32,000 bases of DNA from Alkanindiges sp. WGS2144. Lineage in GTDB: Bacteria; Pseudomonadota; Gammaproteobacteria; Pseudomonadales; Moraxellaceae. The translations under genes and the position numbers were made by a program. Where the stretch lies: NCBI RefSeq assembly GCF_043950625.1, contig NZ_CP171007.1; one strand, given 5' to 3'. Positions 25,962 through 32,000 of this stretch are shown in pieces (within the stretch, counting starts at the first letter, position 1; each line of letters starts with the position of its first letter). A model generated the notes under the pieces. It made no database searches. It had not been told where the DNA came from and worked only from the letters and a program-made list of their open reading frames with translations.

Positions 25962-27941
25962 TCATAGTCCTTTAGTGGTGATTTTCATATGCTGAATCAA
26001 CAATCCGTCGATAACTGCAGAACCAAAATTATTATCAAAAGAAATAGGGGCTGAGATAGTAGGAGTAGGCGGCGGCGCTATACCAGCAGAGGTTTCGTTG
26101 GTATAACCAAGCGCAGCATTAGTTGCGGGCATCCATATTGCATTAGATAGGCCCCAGTTACGGTTATTAGCTGTAGGAAGTTGTGCATTACTTGGATTTG
26201 TATTCTTAGCAGGCACTGGCTTAGGGTCTAAGGCACTGTAGCTATTAGGTTGACCTGATTTATACTCCCAATCAGTTATTGTGCCCGTATCACACCGGTT
26301 CAACCAATTACAATTGTATTGCCAAGTTCTATTACGCGGCTGACGGTAACGTGACTCCACCTCGGTATATGACTGACTTGCTGTATTTGTAGTTGTATTT
26401 AAAGATCCAAATGAAATCCCAATAGCTTCTTCGCCTTTATAGGCTTCCAAAGAATTAGTAGCTGCATTATATACGGTTGAACCAATGCTAATACTACTAT
26501 GAGTTGCATTTGAGCCTTGATAAGTCACACCGTCAAGCGTGACATCATTACCACACTTATAAATATTACAAGTCGACCCATAATAGCCACCATTTGTTGC
26601 AGGATTAGAATTGGCATAATTTGTATAGACTTTTTTATAGATGCTCTCTTTATTTGGAATACGCGCGAGTTCAAGCGTAATGTTATTTCCATCTGTACCA
26701 ACGGTAAGGGGTTGATATAATGAACCCAATACCAAATTAACATTTAAATTGTAAATAAACAAACCTTCAGTATTATCAAAAGTAGGTGCCTGTCCGCCAT
26801 TGATTGCAGGAGTACTCAATAACCCTTGACCTGTACCTGTTTCACGTGTACTTAAACGTAATACACTACCAGATGAGGGAGTAATTGTTTTAGTTGAAGT
26901 ATCTATTGTTTCCCGCTTTCTAACTTGAAATTGACAGCCAGCACTGTAATTTGGCGCAACGCCTGCATTACCATTGTTACAGCTTGCACCAGAATTAAGT
27001 TTACCTGCATTATTACCATCATGCAGCATTTGCCAATCTCCTGCACGCGTTTTCTTCTCTGTAATTATTGCGCGTACTGTTTCACCATCACCACTATTTA
27101 GCCTCAGAGTACCTGCCATACCCAATGTATTATTATAAAACGTACTCATCCCTTTTTGATTGGTAGCACCGCCCAATGTTTGGAATAGTTTGAGGTTACT
27201 TCCATTAATACTCAAACCGTCCCATACAGCTTGTAGTCGCAAGCGGTTTGCACGATTGGCTCCCCCTAAATCAAATTGAGTGCCTGTAGCTGCCATATCC
27301 TCTTTAACTTTAGGATCACGCACAAAAATATCAGCCCAAGCGCCCAATTTTAGATTGTATGCTGATTTTTCTGCATCAGACAAAGCACTGATATTTTTAT
27401 CATACAAAGGTGCTTCTAACATAAGATAGGTGACATCACCCTTACCCGAATCAGTAGGAGATGTGGCAGAGAAATTTGGCACATCATTTTCAGTCGTTAC
27501 TTTTAACAACCAAGGGTTAATTGCACTTCCCCAAGAATCAATATTACGCCCGAACCTGTTATTCCAGTCAGTAGCGTCACGGTTGGCGCCGTAGTTTTTA
27601 TTGGACTGGGAAATAGCAAAACCGTATAAGAAGATATCAGCCTTGCCTGCCCCACTTGCTGATGCTTCAGGAGTTAAAGGACCTACGGGAATTAAGCGAA
27701 TATAACCCGTATCATTGGCGCGATTGTCTAAATAGGCTTGATCAGGATTAGTATTATTAGCACCCTGCATTACCATACTAAATTTTTCAGGTAAAACTGC
27801 AATCCCCTCACCTGTAGATTCTGCCAAGTCTTCATCATCAATGGCTTGTAGCGCAAAAGATGCAGTCGACATTAAAGACAGGCTGATAGATAACGCCAGT
27901 GTGCTTAACTTAAAACCAGACTCAAGATGTAAATTAGACAT
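25962..27941 (-). CDS. Secreted cluster protein 1 (659 aa), unknown function
   Basis: Signal peptide MSNLHLESGFKLSTLALSISLSLMSTASFA. The mature N-terminus is LQAIDDEDLAESTGEGIAV. Three short Cys pairs (C-x14-C, C-x4-C, C-x5-C). Asn/Gly/Thr-rich with a Pro-rich stretch near the C-terminus. AAGGAAGG SD upstream. Confidence 0.85.
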   Translation of the reverse strand: MSNLHLESGFKLSTLALSISLSLMSTASFALQAIDDEDLAESTGEGIAVLPEKFSMVMQGANNTNPDQAYLDNRANDTGYIRLIPVGPLTPEASASGAGKADIFLYGFAISQSNKNYGANRDATDWNNRFGRNIDSWGSAINPWLLKVTTENDVPNFSATSPTDSGKGDVTYLMLEAPLYDKNISALSDAEKSAYNLKLGAWADIFVRDPKVKEDMAATGTQFDLGGANRANRLRLQAVWDGLSINGSNLKLFQTLGGATNQKGMSTFYNNTLGMAGTLRLNSGDGETVRAIITEKKTRAGDWQMLHDGNNAGKLNSGASCNNGNAGVAPNYSAGCQFQVRKRETIDTSTKTITPSSGSVLRLSTRETGTGQGLLSTPAINGGQAPTFDNTEGLFIYNLNVNLVLGSLYQPLTVGTDGNNITLELARIPNKESIYKKVYTNYANSNPATNGGYYGSTCNIYKCGNDVTLDGVTYQGSNATHSSISIGSTVYNAATNSLEAYKGEEAIGISFGSLNTTTNTASQSYTEVESRYRQPRNRTWQYNCNWLNRCDTGTITDWEYKSGQPNSYSALDPKPVPAKNTNPSNAQLPTANNRNWGLSNAIWMPATNAALGYTNETSAGIAPPPTPTISAPISFDNNFGSAVIDGLLIQHMKITTKGL

Positions 27942-28278
27942 GTGGCAAGCCTTCCTTTTTTAATGCATAAATGCACACGCAGTGTGCTTTATTTCAATGA
28001 ATCCCTGGCGCATCAAAAGGATATTATTGTTTTTACCTTCTGAGACATATAGCATGATATACAATACTACACTTTGTATTATGCGGTTTATTTATAAAAA
28101 TGCAAAAAATGTTTTGTTGTTAAGCAGTCATAAGGTCTGCTGTGACACAATTTATTTTTATTTTATAAATACAAAACAATTACTTAATCAAGGAAAACCG
28201 TTTATCGGGTTATTTTTCCACCTATCACAACCCAGGAAAGTCTCAATAGAGCATGAAAATGCTAACCCAAATTGCTAC

Positions 28279-28887
28279 TTATTCGGAAAGCTGTTCAGGT
28301 TCTGCCAACTGCTCAGCTTTTTGCTCCTGCCACTTCAGCATATCTTCATTTTTCACCCGCTCGTAAATAGCCGATACTGTGGTCTGTAGCCCAATAGATT
28401 CAAATATTACTGCATCATCCAAATAAAAATGCTCAGATTGCCAGCCATTACTACGCCGTTGAATTTCCACATCCACAAAGTCTTGTTCAATCAAGATATA
28501 TTCTTGTAGTGTGGGAATTTTTATATATTGGTCGCGTTTGAAAGTCTTGTCATGCTGACGGGTAGATTTTGATAAGACCTCGACAATAAGCGTAGGACTT
28601 TCGGTAAAATAACCGTCCACATCGGTGCAGTCCACCATTGCATCAGGATAAAAGTATTTACTGCCAATCTTAACTTTCATATCTGAGGTATAAGGCTGGC
28701 AGGGTTTAGTTTCCAAGTGGTTTGCCAATTTTTTCAACAAATTAACACTAATCACATTATGGTTGCTGTGCGCACCTACCATGGCATAAACATGGCCATC
28801 TATATATTCATGTTTAATATCACTCAGCTGCTCACCAGCCAGATATTCTGCTTCACTGATAGTAGAAAACTTGCTGACAATATTCAT
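28279..28887 (-). CDS. Uma2-family (DUF820) putative PD-(D/E)xK endonuclease
   Basis: YLAGEQLSDIKHEYIDGHVYAM...PDAMV...PTLIVEVLSKST...D...K...Y...IPTLQEYILIEQD matches the Uma2/DUF820 pattern (HEYxxG, then D...EVxS). AGGAGAAG SD upstream. Confidence 0.75.
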   Translation of the reverse strand: MNIVSKFSTISEAEYLAGEQLSDIKHEYIDGHVYAMVGAHSNHNVISVNLLKKLANHLETKPCQPYTSDMKVKIGSKYFYPDAMVDCTDVDGYFTESPTLIVEVLSKSTRQHDKTFKRDQYIKIPTLQEYILIEQDFVDVEIQRRSNGWQSEHFYLDDAVIFESIGLQTTVSAIYERVKNEDMLKWQEQKAEQLAEPEQLSE

Positions 28888-28949
28888 GGCAATAACTTCT
28901 CCTAGTTCTGGCTACAATAAGACTGGCTAAATATTAGACTAGCGAATCC

Positions 28950-29519
28950 TTAAGCTTTAGGCAAGGTGACGCCAGTTTGACCCTGATACTTACCGCCACG
29001 GTCTTTATAGCTGGTTTCACAGGTTTCATCGCTTTCAAAAAATAGCATTTGCGCCACGCCTTCACCCGCATAAATACGCGCTGGCAAGTTGGTGGTATTA
29101 GAAAACTCTAAAGTGACATGGCCTTCCCATTCTGGCTCCAAAGGCGTTACATTGACAATAATGCCGCAACGCGCATAGGTAGATTTGCCCAGGCAAATGG
29201 TTAAAACATTTCGTGGAATGCGGAAGTACTCAACCGTGCGGGCCAGTGCAAATGAGTTGGGTGGAATAATGCACACGTCAGATTCAATATCAATAAAGCT
29301 TTTATCGTCAAAGTTTTTAGGGTCAACAATGACAGAATGCACATTGGTAAACACTTTAAACTCACGGGCACAGCGCACATCGTAACCATAGCTGGACACG
29401 CCATAAGAAATAAGTTTTTGGCCATGTTCATCCACACGCACTTGTCCATCAGCATATGGTTCAATCATGCCATGCTGTTCACTCATTTCACGAATCCAGC
29501 GGTCTGACTTAATACTCAT
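28950..29519 (-). CDS. dcd: dCTP deaminase
   Basis: [12 protein letters not shown]...[13 protein letters not shown]...[18 protein letters not shown]...[10 protein letters not shown]...[16 protein letters not shown] is nearly colinear with E. coli Dcd. Confidence 0.95.
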   Translation of the reverse strand: MSIKSDRWIREMSEQHGMIEPYADGQVRVDEHGQKLISYGVSSYGYDVRCAREFKVFTNVHSVIVDPKNFDDKSFIDIESDVCIIPPNSFALARTVEYFRIPRNVLTICLGKSTYARCGIIVNVTPLEPEWEGHVTLEFSNTTNLPARIYAGEGVAQMLFFESDETCETSYKDRGGKYQGQTGVTLPKA

Positions 29520-29630
29520 TATTATTCCTAAACAACCATTAAAAAATTGCAGCTACTTTACCTGAAAACACCTTATTTGGCATCACAATGCCTATTTTTG
29601 CCGCTTTGAAGCATTGATAAAAATGTGCCC

Positions 29631-30320
29631 CTAAGACTTTAATAAATTTTGCTGACTCAGTGCCGAATATATTATTTGAATAAGCTCATCGGCCATATTC
29701 ATTTTTTTTAGGCATTGTCTTAAGTAGTTCTCATCTTGAATTAACAGCAAGGAGGCATGAAAAGCTTTAACCACTGCCCCACCGTAGGCTTCTTCTGCTT
29801 TGCTCCATGCTTCTAATGGAATGCTTCCCCAATGGTGAATCATCATTGCAATATCAATAATATCCCTGCTAGCAGTTGATTTATCCAGCCCCCTGTCTGT
29901 ATTGGCAAGCAGTTTTTCAGCAAACATGTCATGTCTTGATAGCAAGGGAATATTAAAATGAGGATAATGATCACCAGAAATTGGAATACGCCCCTCGCTG
30001 GCAATTTCAAATTTTATGGGCGTGCCGTTAATTTCAATGAAAGTTCGAATACCATAACGATCCGTGCGAACTTCACGTAATAATTTAATGGGTTGTTTAA
30101 ATAATGCGCCCAGCGTATTGGGTGAAACTGTGTTGCGTAATAGGCGGCAGCCATGCTTTGAAGCGCATAAAAAATCAATATCAACCGACTCTCTGTATTC
30201 CTCAAGCAGCAGCGTAATTGCTGTACCCCCTGCGAAATAACATTCAGCTTCCTGCAATAACTCTGAATTAAGCAAGTTTAATGCCTGACTAATATGCTGA
30301 TGGTGCAGCCGCTTAAACAT
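29631..30320 (-). CDS. Nucleotidyltransferase, AbiEii/AbiGii (DUF1814)-like putative toxin
   Basis: The N-terminal NTase signature FAGGTAITLLLEEYRESVDIDFL (GGTA...DxD) is followed by a helical C-terminal half. It overlaps the upstream small ORF by 8 nt. Confidence 0.65.
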   Translation of the reverse strand: MFKRLHHQHISQALNLLNSELLQEAECYFAGGTAITLLLEEYRESVDIDFLCASKHGCRLLRNTVSPNTLGALFKQPIKLLREVRTDRYGIRTFIEINGTPIKFEIASEGRIPISGDHYPHFNIPLLSRHDMFAEKLLANTDRGLDKSTASRDIIDIAMMIHHWGSIPLEAWSKAEEAYGGAVVKAFHASLLLIQDENYLRQCLKKMNMADELIQIIYSALSQQNLLKS

Positions 30321-30528
30321 TCATCACTCCGTGACCAAATTTATTGCTCAGCTCGGTAATTAGTTGTCGTTCATGCGGCTTTAACGTTGCCTCGTCAATA
30401 TAGCGCCAGTTACGCTCATAAAGCGCAAATGCCTCCTCTTCCACAATAGCATCACATCCCTGACAGTGCCATGCAATGAGCTTGAGTTGGGGATAGTCTT
30501 GTAAAACAACTATATTTGCTATAGTCAT
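30313..30528 (-). CDS. Small protein (71 aa), putative cognate antitoxin/partner
   Basis: MTIANIVVLQDYPQLKLIAWHCQGCDAIVEEEAFALYERNWRYID... contains a CxxC. Its stop overlaps the start of the NTase gene in ATGAATGTTTAA, which suggests translational coupling. Confidence 0.55.
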   Translation of the reverse strand: MTIANIVVLQDYPQLKLIAWHCQGCDAIVEEEAFALYERNWRYIDEATLKPHERQLITELSNKFGHGVMNV

Positions 30529-30620
30529 GCCCAGTCTCCCTGAGAAAACGGAACCTCATACTATATTATCATAACATGTTGGCTGATACAGTGGCGTGTA
30601 CCCATCAGGCAAGCAGGCCA

Positions 30621-31904
30621 TCAAAAAATCCGATTGTCATCCCGCGTGCGCTGCGGAACTTTGGCCAGTTGTACCAGCATGGCCATGACAATGTCCTTAT
30701 AGTGCTGGGCTGCACTGTCTTTTGCAACCACGCTTGGCTGCCCCTGATCGGCATTTTGGCGAATACTCGTACTTAAGGGCAATCTGCCCAGTAGTGGCAC
30801 CTGATAGGTTGTGCTGAGCTTATCGCCCCCCCCTGCCCCAAAAATCTGGTCTTCATGACCGCAGCTGGAGCATATATGGGTAGACATATTTTCTACCACA
30901 CCCAGCACTGGAATATTCACCTTATTGAACATTTCAATGCCCTTTTGTGCGTCCATTAGCGCAATATGCTGCGGTGTGGTCACAATAATCGCCCCAGTAA
31001 CCGGGATGCGCTGCGCCATGGTGAGCTGGATATCACCAGTTCCCGGCGGCATGTCAATTAGCAGGTAGTCCAGATCCGGCCAGGCAGTCTGGCTAAACAG
31101 CTGCATCAGTGCGCCGGTTGCTTTTGGCCCACGCCATACGACTGGCGTATTATCATCGCCAAGCAGATTGCCAATGGACAGCACGGCCATATCAAAGGCC
31201 TCCAGCGGAATAAACTGCTCATTTTCAATAAGTGGGGTTTTTCCTGCGGTACCCAGCATGGTAGGGATACTGGGGCCATAAATATCCGCATCCAGCACAC
31301 CAACACGTGCGCCAGTTTGCTGCAATGCCAGTGCCAGATTAACAGTCGTGGTCGATTTACCCACGCCACCCTTGCCGGATGACACCACAATGACATGTTT
31401 AATGTGCGGATGGGCTTTAAGCTGACTTTGCACGGGAGGCGCTGGCCGCCTGGAAGTGAGTTCAGCCTCTCGTTGTACTGCACTGGAAACGGGTGGTTCT
31501 GGTGGTGTAGATTGTGGTAGAGCGTTCTCACCCGCATTGATCACTGGCGGCAGGTTATTTTGCTGTTGTTGGCTCAAGGCCAGCTTGTTCCCGCTGACCT
31601 TTTGCTCTACCAGATGTAAATTAAGCTCTTTGATGCCGTACTGTTGTAATTCATCAACCAGCTCATCATGCAGCTGATGCAAGTCACTTTCACATGCGGT
31701 ACTGTCATATCCTACAGGCAATTTCAGCGTTAAGGACAGGATGTCATTTTGCTGCTGGTGCTGAGTAATCAGCTCAGCGATGCTGGTCTGAGTCCCTGGC
31801 AGGATATGCCTGGTAAAAACTTGATCTATCTGGGCGGCGTCAGGCGCTGAATCAAATTTGGCAAATGGCGCAAATTCCATTTTTTTGGACTTAAACCATG
31901 ACAT
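30621..31904 (-). CDS. apbC: Fe-S cluster carrier ATPase ApbC/Mrp
   Basis: The deviant Walker A VVSSGKGGVGKSTTTVNLALA, DADIYGPSIPTMLG, DMPPGTGD and the CSSCGH CxxC motif are present. A Gln/Pro-rich linker follows the N-terminal domain. Confidence 0.92.
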   Translation of the reverse strand: MSWFKSKKMEFAPFAKFDSAPDAAQIDQVFTRHILPGTQTSIAELITQHQQQNDILSLTLKLPVGYDSTACESDLHQLHDELVDELQQYGIKELNLHLVEQKVSGNKLALSQQQQNNLPPVINAGENALPQSTPPEPPVSSAVQREAELTSRRPAPPVQSQLKAHPHIKHVIVVSSGKGGVGKSTTTVNLALALQQTGARVGVLDADIYGPSIPTMLGTAGKTPLIENEQFIPLEAFDMAVLSIGNLLGDDNTPVVWRGPKATGALMQLFSQTAWPDLDYLLIDMPPGTGDIQLTMAQRIPVTGAIIVTTPQHIALMDAQKGIEMFNKVNIPVLGVVENMSTHICSSCGHEDQIFGAGGGDKLSTTYQVPLLGRLPLSTSIRQNADQGQPSVVAKDSAAQHYKDIVMAMLVQLAKVPQRTRDDNRIF

Positions 31905-32000
31905 AACAGTGACTCCAATAAGACAACAGCGGGCAATTTTAGCAATGAAGCATGCTATATTAACGGGTATTGCAAGATTACCAAGAGAGTAAACGTCCGT

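Noticed and set aside
22810-27941. The large cluster proteins as autotransporters or two-partner-secretion exoproteins
   Set aside because: I saw no TPS-domain NPNL/NPNGI motifs near the N-termini and no C-terminal beta-barrel ending in an aromatic residue. No TpsB/Omp85 partner is in the window. A profile search is still needed to be sure.
27982-28389. 135-aa plus-strand ORF in the region upstream of the operon
   Set aside because: It has a GTG start, a Phe/Leu/Ile/Cys-rich translation typical of an AT-rich non-coding frame, and it overlaps the 3' end of the Uma2 gene in antisense.
31106-31677. ORFs 31106-31537 (minus strand) and 31456-31677 (plus strand) within apbC
   Set aside because: They are alternative-frame or antisense shadows of the motif-supported apbC gene. 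The Pro/Cys/Trp-rich translations are implausible.
1-32000. Search for CRISPR arrays, rRNA or tRNA genes, IS elements, integrases, and phage or conjugation genes
   Set aside because: I found no regularly spaced direct repeats, no rRNA- or tRNA-like sequences, and no ORF with a transposase (DDE) or integrase (R..H..R..Y) character in either strand's ORF list.

Overview
The window looks like gammaproteobacterial chromosome, probably Moraxellaceae or Acinetobacter-like. That guess rests on an AtfA-type wax-ester synthase, ThrH and the overall gene content; all family calls come from motifs read by eye, with no searches run. Most of it is ordinary core metabolism: a partial lipid kinase, an SCP2-domain protein, ttcA, a lytic transglycosylase, htpX, fadH, a FadL-family outer-membrane channel, thrH, cysH (Fe-S APS-reductase type), atfA, ackA-pta, rsfS, cysD-cysN, dcd and apbC/mrp. 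Several clear hairpin terminators are present. I found no rRNA, tRNA, CRISPR array, transposase or integrase. The main feature lies between cysN and dcd, in a stretch of about 8.3 kb that looks AT-richer than its flanks. It holds a tightly packed four-gene minus-strand operon (21318-27941) encoding proteins of 659, 227, 810 and 511 aa. All four have Sec signal peptides and are rich in Gly, Asn, Ser and Thr. Each mature protein starts with the same acidic L-x-D-x-x-L-x4-G-Q-x-G-like motif and carries short disulfide-type Cys pairs. No chaperone, usher, secretin or ATPase gene lies nearby. I read this as an uncharacterised cell-surface fibre or adhesin system, possibly related to the barely studied Acinetobacter Fil locus (from memory, unverified). 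A diverged, frameshifted duplicate of the cysN 3' end at 21033-21147 marks an old recombination junction next to the operon. Other notable points are a vestigial APS-kinase-like tail on CysN, an AbiEii-like toxin with an unusually small overlapping partner wedged between dcd and apbC, and a cluster of DnaA-box-like sites in the ttcA/transglycosylase intergenic region.
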